DNA of 64,000 nt from Patescibacteria group bacterium (GTDB lineage Bacteria; Patescibacteriota; JAHJAL01). Below, in pieces: positions 9,734-18,369 of this stretch. A program made the position numbers and the translations under genes. Within the stretch, counting starts at the first letter, position 1. Every line of letters begins with the position of its first letter. Location of the stretch: NCBI GenBank assembly GCA_041648895.1, contig JBAZOB010000001.1, positions 15,093-79,092 of the forward strand, in the 5' to 3' direction. The notes under the pieces are model-generated. The model was not told where the DNA came from. It saw only the letters and a list, made by a program, of their open reading frames with translations, and ran no database searches.

Positions 9734-10114
9734 TTACTGATTCTCATCTACAACTGTATCTATTAGTTCTGTTCCGGGCAGAGCATTTTGAACTGTGACA
9801 ACAATGGCGTAGGCAGCAAAGATAACAACTAGACCAATAACGGCGTTGAGCAAGGTTTTGGTGGCTTTTTTATTTTGTTCTTCATTACCGCCGGCGGTAA
9901 TGTAGTTGAAACCGCCAATAATGAGGTAGATTACGGCTACCAAACCAGCGGCGCCCAGGATGTAGTTAATAACAGTGAAGGCAAATGTTTCTGCCGTGCC
10001 TTTGAAACCCATAAAAGTGCTGGTGGCGGTGGCGGCATTGGCAGCTAGTGTGCAGTAGACCATTGTATAGGCGGTCAAACCAGCGGCGCTGATTTTTTTG
10101 GCCAGTTTACTCAT
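9734..10114 (-). CDS. TrbC/VirB2-like T4SS pilin paralog 2.
   Basis: IIGGFNYITAGGNEEQNKKATKTLLNAVIGLVVIFAAYAIVVT, with a signal-peptide-like N-terminus. Confidence 0.7.
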   Translation of the reverse strand: MSKLAKKISAAGLTAYTMVYCTLAANAATATSTFMGFKGTAETFAFTVINYILGAAGLVAVIYLIIGGFNYITAGGNEEQNKKATKTLLNAVIGLVVIFAAYAIVVTVQNALPGTELIDTVVDENQ

Positions 10115-10150
10115 AGTTTTTACTCCAAAAAATTATTTAATAATTACAAA

Positions 10151-10528
10151 TTAAAAGGGCCAGGTGCTTGATTGATAGTTAATGGCGTTTTCGATGGAAA
10201 CTTTGATGGCATAGGCGGCGAAAACGACCAGGAGGCCAATGACGGCGAAGGTGAGGGTTTTGGTGGCTTTTTTGTGGGTTTCTTCGTTGCCGGCGGAGGT
10301 AATGTATTGAAACCCGCCGAGGATAATAAAGACAACGGAAACGAGGCCGGCGATACTCAGGGCGTAATTGATGATGGCCATTATCAGGTCGACAGCATTG
10401 TCAAAAGGTAGGGGATTGTCGGGGGTAACGACATTAATTTCCGGTGGGGCAGCCAATATTTTTGGTGGATGCCACATGACCAGGCTGGTAAAAATAAAAG
10501 ACAGGATTGTGTGGTTTATTTTTTTCAT
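10151..10528 (-). CDS. TrbC/VirB2-like T4SS pilin paralog 3.
   Basis: ILGGFQYITSAGNEETHKKATKTLTFAVIGLLVVFAAYAIKV, with a signal peptide. Confidence 0.7.
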   Translation of the reverse strand: MKKINHTILSFIFTSLVMWHPPKILAAPPEINVVTPDNPLPFDNAVDLIMAIINYALSIAGLVSVVFIILGGFQYITSAGNEETHKKATKTLTFAVIGLLVVFAAYAIKVSIENAINYQSSTWPF

Positions 10529-10614
10529 GAGGGAAATATTCGCTGGTCAATTATTAATATATTATGAATAATTACAAATTACAAATGGTATAGATGGTGT
10601 GTTAATTTCTGTTG

Positions 10615-10643
10615 TGTCATCCCCGCTCAAGGCGGGGATGACA
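10615..10643. repeat. Solo GC-rich palindrome TGTCATCCCCGCTCAAGGCGGGGATGACA, a half-unit of the MITE-like family.
   Basis: Perfect 12-bp inverted repeat between pilin genes. Confidence 0.8.
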
Positions 10644-10649
10644 AAGAAG

Positions 10650-10988
10650 TTATTGTTCAATTTCTAATACGAGTTTCAGCGTTTCCAAAATGGTAGCGGC
10701 GGCGAGGACGATGACAAAGCCAATGATGGCATTGGTGATAGATTTTTGTCCTTCTTTGATTTTTTCTTCGTTACCGCCGGAAGTGATATATTTGTAGCCG
10801 CCAAAAATCAGGTAGGCAATCATGATCAGGCCGGCAAAGTAGTAGGCCCAGGTGAAGAGAGCAAAAATTAACTCTTCGACCGAGGCAAAATTACTGAGGG
10901 GATTAAGGCGATCGGGGAGGAGACTTCTTAATTGTTGCATGATGTCATCAGCGGCGGTAAAGGTGATTGGTTTGAATATTTGGTTCAT
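10650..10988 (-). CDS. TrbC/VirB2-like T4SS pilin paralog 4.
   Basis: IFGGYKYITSGGNEEKIKEGQKSITNAIIGFVIVLAA. Confidence 0.7.
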   Translation of the reverse strand: MNQIFKPITFTAADDIMQQLRSLLPDRLNPLSNFASVEELIFALFTWAYYFAGLIMIAYLIFGGYKYITSGGNEEKIKEGQKSITNAIIGFVIVLAAATILETLKLVLEIEQ

Positions 10989-11055
10989 TATCGATAATTA
11001 ATTACAAATTACAAATTTAGTTTGCCATCCTGAATATTAATAATACTTATAGTCA

Positions 11056-11454
11056 TTAATAATTTACCCTATCTAAATCCACCGTGGTGATTTCTTGGAG
11101 GAAGGTTTGGACAATGAGGTAGGCGATGATGGCGACTACGAAGCCAATGATGGCCCAAGTCAGGGTGTTTTTGGCGGCGGTGGCTTGTTCTTGATTGCCT
11201 TTGCTGTAGATTAGTTTGATGCCTCCCCAAATAATAAATATGACGGCGACCAATCCGGCCAGACCGATCAAGTTACTACCGATATAGATAACAAAACGCA
11301 GAATGTCTTCAAATGTGATTTTTTGGGCTTCATGGCCGAAGTCGAAGCCGAATAATTTCAGATTGTCGGCGGCCAAAACTTTTTGGGGGAGGAATGTTAT
11401 TAACAACCCGATGGTGGAGGTAAATGGTAGGAGTTTTTTGGTGATATTTTTCAT
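11056..11454 (-). CDS. TrbC/VirB2-like T4SS pilin paralog 5. Start trimmed to the internal ATG (MKNITKK...) to remove the overlap with the upstream pilin.
   Basis: IWGGIKLIYSKGNQEQATAAKNTLTWAIIGFVVAIIAYLIV. The tracked ORF 11056..11532 overlaps the next gene by 74 nt. Confidence 0.6.
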   Translation of the reverse strand: MKNITKKLLPFTSTIGLLITFLPQKVLAADNLKLFGFDFGHEAQKITFEDILRFVIYIGSNLIGLAGLVAVIFIIWGGIKLIYSKGNQEQATAAKNTLTWAIIGFVVAIIAYLIVQTFLQEITTVDLDRVNY

Positions 11455-11458
11455 AAAA

Positions 11459-11839
11459 TTATTGTCCCACCCCGATCCAGGTTTGGATGGTGCTGATGAT
11501 AACGACGCCGGAAAGGGCAATGATAAAGCCAATGATGGCGTTGACGAGAGATTTTTTGCCTTGTTCGACTTGTTGTTCGTTGCCCTGGGCGGTGACTAAA
11601 AGGTAACCGCTGTAGATAATAAAGCCAATGGCGACAAAGCCGGCCAGGGAAAGCGCGAAGCCGATTATACGCAGAAGAATGGGAGCGAGCATTTCGAATA
11701 GATTACCGTCATAGTTAATATCAAGTCCACTGGTAAAATCTTTGATGTAGTCTCGGGCGAATACTTTTTGGGGGAGGGAGGAGATTAGAAGTCCGAGGGT
11801 TGATATTAGTTGTAGGGATTTTTTTTGGATAGACGGCAT
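11459..11839 (-). CDS. TrbC/VirB2-like T4SS pilin paralog 6.
   Basis: IYSGYLLVTAQGNEQQVEQGKKSLVNAIIGFIIALSGVVII, with a signal peptide ending SLPQKVFA. Confidence 0.65.
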   Translation of the reverse strand: MPSIQKKSLQLISTLGLLISSLPQKVFARDYIKDFTSGLDINYDGNLFEMLAPILLRIIGFALSLAGFVAIGFIIYSGYLLVTAQGNEQQVEQGKKSLVNAIIGFIIALSGVVIISTIQTWIGVGQ

Positions 11840-11890
11840 AAATTAAGAATGAAGAATTAGATACTACTGATGTTTGAGAAAAAAGATATT

Positions 11891-12292
11891 TTATAGTTCT
11901 AGACCATGTTCGATAATTTCGTGTCGATCGCGATTATCCGTTTCAACTGTGCTGCTGGTGGGGGCGGGGTTGTTGATGATTTGGGGGGAAATGATGCGGA
12001 GGACAGTGTAGGCAAGTACCAATAATGCCAGGGAGACGAGGGCGGAGATGATGGTGCCGCGGCCTTTGTTGATCATGTCGGGATTGCCCTGGGAAATAAT
12101 CATGGTGTAACCACCGATTACTATCATGATAATCGAAACAGCGGCGATAAGCCAGATGGCATAGATATAAAAATCACTGACATAATCGGCCAGAGAAGTG
12201 TAGTTGCTGGTGCTTTCATTGATGGGAGCGCGGACGTCAACGCTACCATCGACGGCCAGCCAAGTTAGACTTTGGTAGAGTAAATTGATCAT
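11891..12292 (-). CDS. TrbC/VirB2-like T4SS pilin paralog 7, divergent.
   Basis: IGGYTMIISQGNPDMINKGRGTIISALVSLALLVLAYTVL. The ATGA start/stop overlaps the upstream SBP gene. Confidence 0.55.
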   Translation of the reverse strand: MINLLYQSLTWLAVDGSVDVRAPINESTSNYTSLADYVSDFYIYAIWLIAAVSIIMIVIGGYTMIISQGNPDMINKGRGTIISALVSLALLVLAYTVLRIISPQIINNPAPTSSTVETDNRDRHEIIEHGLEL

Positions 12293-13626
12293 AATTGTTC
12301 TTCTTTGGCCTTGAGCATAATGTCGGAAATATCATTTTGAGCTTTATTGATGGCTTCTTCGGAGGGGATGTTGTTGATGGCCACGTCGTCAATCATTTGC
12401 GTAAAAATGGCGTCAACGCGGTTGGCGTCAATTTTATAGAAGGATTTGGCATAGTAGGCTTGTCTGTCGAAGATAATACTGGAGCTTTGGGCGGTGGATT
12501 TAAGTGAAGTTGGTTTTTTGGTGCGAGTGGTATATATGCCGTTTTCGGCGGTATATTTGAGGAAATCCCAGGCCCAAGCCGCGTTTTTACTTTGTAAACT
12601 AACCGTTTCTCCCCAATAGTTGGCGTAGCTTACCGGGTCGTCAGTGGTAAAAAGTTGGGGCAGGTTGGTGACTTCATAATGGACGTCGGGGTCTTTGAAT
12701 TTATCAATAATTGGTATTTGATAAGCATAGTTAATAGTCATGGCGCTAAGTCCTTTTTCGAAGGACTCAATTGAACCCAACATGGATGGATTCCAGGTGT
12801 AGTTGGTGTTGGCGGGATCGGCAAAACTGGTGTAGAAATCAAGTGAACTTTCACCCGGATAGAAATTTTCGCCGGTGGGAGTCTTGGTGGGTAGAGCAAA
12901 GGAAGAGGTGGTGTTGTCCGGTGAAGTCATGACAGTCCCATTTTGTAGCATCAGGGCGTATAAAATATCGGAGGCGCGGTTAATATTGTTGGCGGTGCCC
13001 ATGGTAATACCGGCCAGATCAACATTGTTGCCTTGTTTAACGGTTAAGGTTTGGGAGTATTCTTCGAGTTGTTCCCAGGTGGCGGGAGGGGAAAAATAAT
13101 TTTGATCTTTGAGTAACTCTTCATTGTAGAAAAGCGCCAAGGTATCTACATAGAGGGGAATAGCATAGGCTTTTTCCTGAAAAATGAAATCTTCGGCAGC
13201 GACCGGGACAAATGTTTCTTGGTATTTATCGACAGTCATGATTTCCTCGGGAATGGGGGAGATGATTTCCCAGTATTTGGGTAGCCAGTCATTATGAATT
13301 TGAAAAATGTCCGGTCCTTTGCCGGCGGCCAGGGCTTTAATCAGTTTTTCTTCGTAATTATTGAAATCAACTTTTTTGTACTCAATGTTGATGGTGGTGT
13401 TGGACTGTTTATCCCATAATTTACTATAAGCATCAATCGTAGTTTGCAAAGTTTCGCGATCATCAAAAAGCCGCCAGACGGTGAGGTTGACTTCGGTGGG
13501 GCAGGGTTTGGTGGGACAGAGTGGATCGGGGGGAGTGGTATTCTCTTGCTCACAACCGGAGAGAGTGGTGGCGGCGAGAAAAATGGTGAGAATTAATAGT
13601 TGGGGGAGTTTTTTTAGTTGGTTCAT
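12289..13626 (-). CDS. Extracellular solute-binding lipoprotein of the ABC sugar/oligosaccharide SBP family 1.
   Basis: Lipobox LSGC follows a hydrophobic leader. Length of about 445 aa, aromatic-rich, with the typical SBP_bac_1 profile. Confidence 0.6.
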   Translation of the reverse strand: MNQLKKLPQLLILTIFLAATTLSGCEQENTTPPDPLCPTKPCPTEVNLTVWRLFDDRETLQTTIDAYSKLWDKQSNTTINIEYKKVDFNNYEEKLIKALAAGKGPDIFQIHNDWLPKYWEIISPIPEEIMTVDKYQETFVPVAAEDFIFQEKAYAIPLYVDTLALFYNEELLKDQNYFSPPATWEQLEEYSQTLTVKQGNNVDLAGITMGTANNINRASDILYALMLQNGTVMTSPDNTTSSFALPTKTPTGENFYPGESSLDFYTSFADPANTNYTWNPSMLGSIESFEKGLSAMTINYAYQIPIIDKFKDPDVHYEVTNLPQLFTTDDPVSYANYWGETVSLQSKNAAWAWDFLKYTAENGIYTTRTKKPTSLKSTAQSSSIIFDRQAYYAKSFYKIDANRVDAIFTQMIDDVAINNIPSEEAINKAQNDISDIMLKAKEEQL

Positions 13627-14486
13627 TATATTTTTAACGATTTTAAATATTTAACAAAGTCTTTTCTCAGGTCAGGCCGGTCGAGGGCGAATTCGACGGT
13701 GGTTTGGAGGTAGTTGAGGGGGTCACCGGTGGTGTGCCATTTGCCTTTGATGGGAGTGGCGATGTAGGATTTGATTTGATTGTGAATACGCATGGCGTCA
13801 GGCAGATGAATTTCATTGTTGATACCCGGTTTGGTTTTAGCCAAGATGGAAAATATTTCCGGCTCCAGAACTAAACGGCCGATGCTGGCCAGGTTGGATG
13901 GAGCTTGGGCCGGGTCGGGTTTTTCAATGATGTCTTCGACAAAATAGATATCTTTTTCTTTTTTGCCTTTGATTATTCCATATTTATTAGTTTCATCATG
14001 AGGCACGGGGACGACGGCCAGGACGGAGGTTTGGTATTGCTCGTACAGTTCACAAATGTCACCGATGCAAGATTTTTTGGATTGGACGAGATCATCACCA
14101 TAGAGAACGGCGAACGGTTCGTTGCCCACAAAGGTGCGGGCTTGCAAGACGGCGTGACCGAGACCGAGGATTTCTTTTTGACGGATGTAGTGGATATTGG
14201 CTAGTTTTTCGATGCGCTGCAATTCTTTCAATAAACTTTCTTTACCTTTTTGTTTGAGGGTGTAGTTGAGTTCGAAAGACTGGTCAAAATGATCCTCAAT
14301 GGCTCTTTTACCGCGGCCGGTAATGATCAGAATTTCTTCAATACCGGCGTCAACGATTTCTTCGACAATATATTGAATAACCGGTTTATCGATCACCGGG
14401 ATCATTTCTTTGGGCATGGCTTTGGTGGCGGGCAGAAAACGAGTGCCAAAACCGGCGGCGGGGATGATGGCTTTTTTTATTTTCAT
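13626..14486 (-). CDS. galU: UTP--glucose-1-phosphate uridylyltransferase.
   Basis: N-terminal KAIIPAAGFGTRFLPATKAMPKEMIPVIDKPVIQYIVEE is the GalU signature. 286 aa. Confidence 0.85.
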   Translation of the reverse strand: MKIKKAIIPAAGFGTRFLPATKAMPKEMIPVIDKPVIQYIVEEIVDAGIEEILIITGRGKRAIEDHFDQSFELNYTLKQKGKESLLKELQRIEKLANIHYIRQKEILGLGHAVLQARTFVGNEPFAVLYGDDLVQSKKSCIGDICELYEQYQTSVLAVVPVPHDETNKYGIIKGKKEKDIYFVEDIIEKPDPAQAPSNLASIGRLVLEPEIFSILAKTKPGINNEIHLPDAMRIHNQIKSYIATPIKGKWHTTGDPLNYLQTTVEFALDRPDLRKDFVKYLKSLKI

Positions 14487-14489
14487 TGG

Positions 14490-14942
14490 TTAAAGGGTTT
14501 TGATTTTCAACGTTTTTGTTTGTACCGACTTGGCTTTGGGTACGCAAATGGTAAGCATGCCGTCTTTGAAAGTGGCGGCGGCATTTTCGGAATCGACGGA
14601 GGTGGGGAAGTTAATTTGGCGCGTGAAAGACCCCCAGTAACATTCTTGCAGGTGGTAGATTCGATCGTCCAGATCGGTGTCTTTTTGTCTTTTGCCGCGA
14701 ATGGCAATAAAATCGTCGTTGAGTTCAATTTCAATATCGTCGGCGACCACGCCGGCGGCGGGAGCGATAATGTAATAGCTATTATTTTTTTCGTACATGT
14801 CGACGATCAATTGTCCTTCTTCATCATCGTCTGATTGGTGATTGCTGGTCTGGTCGGATTTGAATTGGCTGGGATTCCAATTGGCGGAAAGTAGTTTTTG
14901 TAAGGTTTTTAGCGTACTTGATTTTTCTTCAGTCTGTTTCAT
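14490..14942 (-). CDS. Hsp20/alpha-crystallin family small heat-shock protein.
   Basis: Alpha-crystallin domain IAIRGKRQ...GSFTRQINFPTSVDSENAAATFKDGMLTICVPKAK. Confidence 0.75.
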   Translation of the reverse strand: MKQTEEKSSTLKTLQKLLSANWNPSQFKSDQTSNHQSDDDEEGQLIVDMYEKNNSYYIIAPAAGVVADDIEIELNDDFIAIRGKRQKDTDLDDRIYHLQECYWGSFTRQINFPTSVDSENAAATFKDGMLTICVPKAKSVQTKTLKIKTL

Positions 14943-15030
14943 ATTTGTGCCCTCTAATAAATATGATTGTTGAATTCATCTTTTATTATAATCGACAATG
15001 ATTAAATTGTTAAATGGATAAATAATATAT

Positions 15031-15212
15031 TACGAATTATGAATTAACGAGTGGTGTTAATTAATAACTTGATCCACCTACATATGTCATCCCCGCCTTG
15101 AGCGGGGATCTCATTATCAAGACTGCAATATATACGTTACATATGAGATCCCCGCTCAAGGCGGGGATGACAGATAAAGAGATTAATTCATATAACTCGT
15201 TAATTCGTAATT
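15031..15212. repeat. GC-rich palindromic MITE-like element, copy 3 in inverted orientation, with ACGAATTATGAATTAACGAGT arms.
   Basis: TGTCATCCCCGCCTTGAGCGGGGATCTCAT ... ATGAGATCCCCGCTCAAGGCGGGGATGACA. The spacer is the reverse complement of the copy-2 spacer. It lies in the divergent region between Hsp20 and the amidase gene. Confidence 0.8.
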
Positions 15213-15292
15213 TATTATTTATCCATTTACAAAATCATCAAATATTGATACAATATATAGATTTTACAATAAAACAAAAATATAAATTAGAT

Positions 15293-17800
15293 ATGAAAAA
15301 CAAAAGTATTATGGAAGCTTTTAGCGAAGAATATTCTTCAGGTAAGGGGTGGGCGGCCGAACAGGAGAAGAAATCGTGGTTTTTTGTTTGGTCAGCGCGA
15401 ATGGCCAGTTTATTGATGGTACTGCTGATACTTTTTTTGGGGATATTTGCTTTCGGTTATGCCGATAATATTGGTCAGGTTAAGGTGGACAGATTGCAGG
15501 ATACTGATTTTGTGTTGAAAGAAGCCAACGTGCTGTCGACCGACTGGTCGGGTGACGCGGGTGAACAAACTTCAACTTTGACTATTCCAACGGGTCAAAA
15601 TATTTTTTCCTATGTTTCGGACGCGCGGGAAGCCAAGCGTTCTTTCTGGATGATCGCGGCCAAGTTGTCAGCCAAGATTCCGGCGGGGACAAAGGTGGTG
15701 GGAAAAGTTAGAGTTAGTAATGATAGTAGTACTTGGTCGGAGTGGTATGATTTGGATTTGGAGAAGCTATCAAATGAGCAGAACAAAGATGTGACGGAAG
15801 TGCCGATTTTATTGGAAAAGAAATCAAAATATGCTCAATATTCACTGGTTTTGTCGAGCGACGATGTTAATTTAACTCCGGAAATATATGATGTTGATTT
15901 GGTACTGATTGATCCCGATGATAAATTGGCTTTAGTTAAAAAGGGCTGGAGTAGTCTGATGGCTCGAGTTTCGGGTAGTACGGGAGTTGATGTTATTAGT
16001 CGTAGTGAGTGGGGGGCCGATGAATCGATCATGACTTGGGATGATAAAGAATACGCGCCAGTGGAGCAGATTGTGGTTCATCATACCGCTGGTAGTAATA
16101 ATTCACCTTTGGATCCGGCGGCGGTAGTGCGGGGTATATATTATTTTCACGCGGTGGAGAAAGACTGGGGAGATATTGGTTATAACTATATTATTGATCA
16201 AGATGGCAATATTTATGAGGGCCGGGAAGGTGGCTTCGGAGTGGTAGCGGCTCATTCTTCGGGTAACAATTATGGTAGTGTGGGAATTGCGATTATTGGG
16301 AACTATAGTGAAGATGCTCCGGCCAGTCAAAGTATGGACGGCTTAATAAATTTAGTCGAATATATTGGGTATCAAGGTGATTTGGATTTAACCACCAAGC
16401 ATAATTTTGAAGGTAATAATGTACCGGTGGTGGCGGGGCACCGTGATGTTAACCCGACTGAATGTCCAGGCGATGTTTTGTATGCCATGTTGCCGGATGT
16501 AGCAATTGCGGCTAGCCAGGGTGAGAATACTTTACCAGCCAAGACTTACCAGGCACAATTGGTACATCAGTCACAAAAAAGTTTAGATTTAAAATCAGGC
16601 CAAATACAAAAAGTGGTGGTGACTTACAAAAATTCTGGTTCAGCGGTGTGGTTAAAACAAAGAGGGGAAGTAGAGTTGGTGCCGGTTGATCCATATCCGC
16701 GGAGCAGTGGTTTTGCCACTCCGGACTGGGATAGTGTTGAAGTGGTGGGGACAATGAATCAGGTGACGGTGATGTCGGGTAATGAGGCGACATTTGATTT
16801 GCCACTCTTCGGGATCGATCAGGCTGGTCAATATGGGGAAAAATTTGCCTTGCTGGGTCCGGATGGTTTGATTAGTGGGACTGAATTTTCAGTGAATATC
16901 GATAATCAAAAGAGTAGTGTGGACTCGGGTGAAGATAGCAATATTGATAATCAAAATGACCAAATAATTGATGACGATAACGATAGTGACAATAATACCA
17001 ATGATATCAATGATTCCGATACTAGCGTCGTCGAAGCTGATTGGTATCATTCGGCTTGGGTGGCGCAAACTGATCATTTGACTTTGTACCCGGGTGAGGA
17101 AAAATCTGTTTGGATTGATTTTAAAAATACTGGTAAAACTCCTTGGTATAAAGATAGCGATTATCCAGTTCGTTTAGGGACGGCCAATCCTCAAGACAGA
17201 AATAGCGCTTTGGCCGTGGTAGATAGTGGATGGCTCTCGGCTAATCGGATTGAAATGAGTCAATGGAGCGTGGAACCTGGAGAAGTGGCTCGTTTTCGTT
17301 TTACCTTGAAGGCGGGCAATAATAGTTCGGGGGTGTATCAGGAATATTTCCGGCCGGTGGTGGAAAATGTAACCTGGATGGAAGACCAGGGGGTGTATAT
17401 CCAAATTGAAGTGGTGGAGTCGCAATATATGGCTCTGTTTGTGGAACAAAGTGAAAATCCAATCACTTTATCCAGTGGTCGTAAAGCTAGATTGTGGGTG
17501 GAATTAAAAAATACCGGTAACGTGGTTTGGACCAAAGATAGTGATACGCCGGTTCGTTTGGCGACTGATCGTGATCCCGATCGAGCCAGCATTTTTTATT
17601 CACCCGGGTATTGGATCAGTGATAATCGGGCGGCCAGTATGAAAAAAAATGCGGTGTCGCCGGGTGACAGCGTCCGTTTTGAAGTGGTGGTCACGGCTCC
17701 CGATGAGCCGGGTTCGTATCGGGAATATTTTCGACCGGTGGCGGATAATATGCAGTGGATGGATGATTTAGGAATTTATTGGGATATCAATGTGGAGTAA
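15293..17800 (+). CDS. Secreted/membrane-anchored N-acetylmuramoyl-L-alanine amidase (PGRP/Amidase_2 domain) with an acidic linker and 2-3 C-terminal ~110-aa FW-type repeats.
   Basis: VVHHTAG...GDIGYNYIID.DGNIYEGR...AHSSGNNYGSVGIAIIGNY...HRDVNPTECPG (Amidase_2). Repeats of the form WV.FKNTG..W....D.PVRLGT..P.DR.S...W.S.NR......V.PGE.ARF.F...GVYQEYFRPV.EN..WM.D.GVY. The start is taken at the first ATG after the upstream repeat; the tracked ORF begins at 15098 inside the MITE. Confidence 0.75.
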   Translation: MKNKSIMEAFSEEYSSGKGWAAEQEKKSWFFVWSARMASLLMVLLILFLGIFAFGYADNIGQVKVDRLQDTDFVLKEANVLSTDWSGDAGEQTSTLTIPTGQNIFSYVSDAREAKRSFWMIAAKLSAKIPAGTKVVGKVRVSNDSSTWSEWYDLDLEKLSNEQNKDVTEVPILLEKKSKYAQYSLVLSSDDVNLTPEIYDVDLVLIDPDDKLALVKKGWSSLMARVSGSTGVDVISRSEWGADESIMTWDDKEYAPVEQIVVHHTAGSNNSPLDPAAVVRGIYYFHAVEKDWGDIGYNYIIDQDGNIYEGREGGFGVVAAHSSGNNYGSVGIAIIGNYSEDAPASQSMDGLINLVEYIGYQGDLDLTTKHNFEGNNVPVVAGHRDVNPTECPGDVLYAMLPDVAIAASQGENTLPAKTYQAQLVHQSQKSLDLKSGQIQKVVVTYKNSGSAVWLKQRGEVELVPVDPYPRSSGFATPDWDSVEVVGTMNQVTVMSGNEATFDLPLFGIDQAGQYGEKFALLGPDGLISGTEFSVNIDNQKSSVDSGEDSNIDNQNDQIIDDDNDSDNNTNDINDSDTSVVEADWYHSAWVAQTDHLTLYPGEEKSVWIDFKNTGKTPWYKDSDYPVRLGTANPQDRNSALAVVDSGWLSANRIEMSQWSVEPGEVARFRFTLKAGNNSSGVYQEYFRPVVENVTWMEDQGVYIQIEVVESQYMALFVEQSENPITLSSGRKARLWVELKNTGNVVWTKDSDTPVRLATDRDPDRASIFYSPGYWISDNRAASMKKNAVSPGDSVRFEVVVTAPDEPGSYREYFRPVADNMQWMDDLGIYWDINVE

Positions 17801-17802
17801 AG

Positions 17803-17855
17803 AAGTATCAAGTATTAAATACTTAATCCTTGATACTTGAAACTTGATCCTTGGA
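17803..17855. repeat. ACTTGATCC-family palindromic element, copy 3, downstream of the amidase gene.
   Basis: AGTATCAAGTATTAAATACTTAATCCTTGATACTTGAAACTTGATCCTTGG, a nested palindrome. Confidence 0.65.
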
Positions 17856-17883
17856 TAATAATTTGTAATTAAATTAATAACAA

Positions 17884-18321
17884 ATGAAAAAGAATATTAA
17901 AACAAAAAATAAAGTTATGCGAAAAGATGTCAAAGAAAGTGTGGTGGAGATTATGCGGCAGGAATTGAAAGATATTGATTGTTTGCTGGATGATTATTTT
18001 GAAGAGCAGCCCAATGAGATGGGGCAAAAGTGGTTCAGTTTCAATGAATCGAGGGTAATGGGAGCAGATGAAGTGTTGCGGATTAGTGTGTGGGGACTCA
18101 ATGATGATATTGTCAGGCATAATGATTTTTTTGATTCATATTATACCTGGGTGGGTGATATGGTGGCTGGTTTGGACAAGGCGGGAAAATTACAGTTCAA
18201 GCGCGAGAATACTCGTAAGGGTGAGGTAGCCGATGAGATTTTTGAGTTATTCAAAGGCTTTTGTGGGGGCAAGGTGGCGTGCAGTTTTCCGGAAGTAATA
18301 GAACTGAAATTGATAATTTAA
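17884..18321 (+). CDS. Hypothetical protein.
   Basis: 145-aa ORF with a plausible ATG; no motif recognised. Confidence 0.4.
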   Translation: MKKNIKTKNKVMRKDVKESVVEIMRQELKDIDCLLDDYFEEQPNEMGQKWFSFNESRVMGADEVLRISVWGLNDDIVRHNDFFDSYYTWVGDMVAGLDKAGKLQFKRENTRKGEVADEIFELFKGFCGGKVACSFPEVIELKLII

Positions 18322-18369
18322 TTTGATTTTTCAGTAATGCTAATTTAAATGAATATGATAATTTAATAA

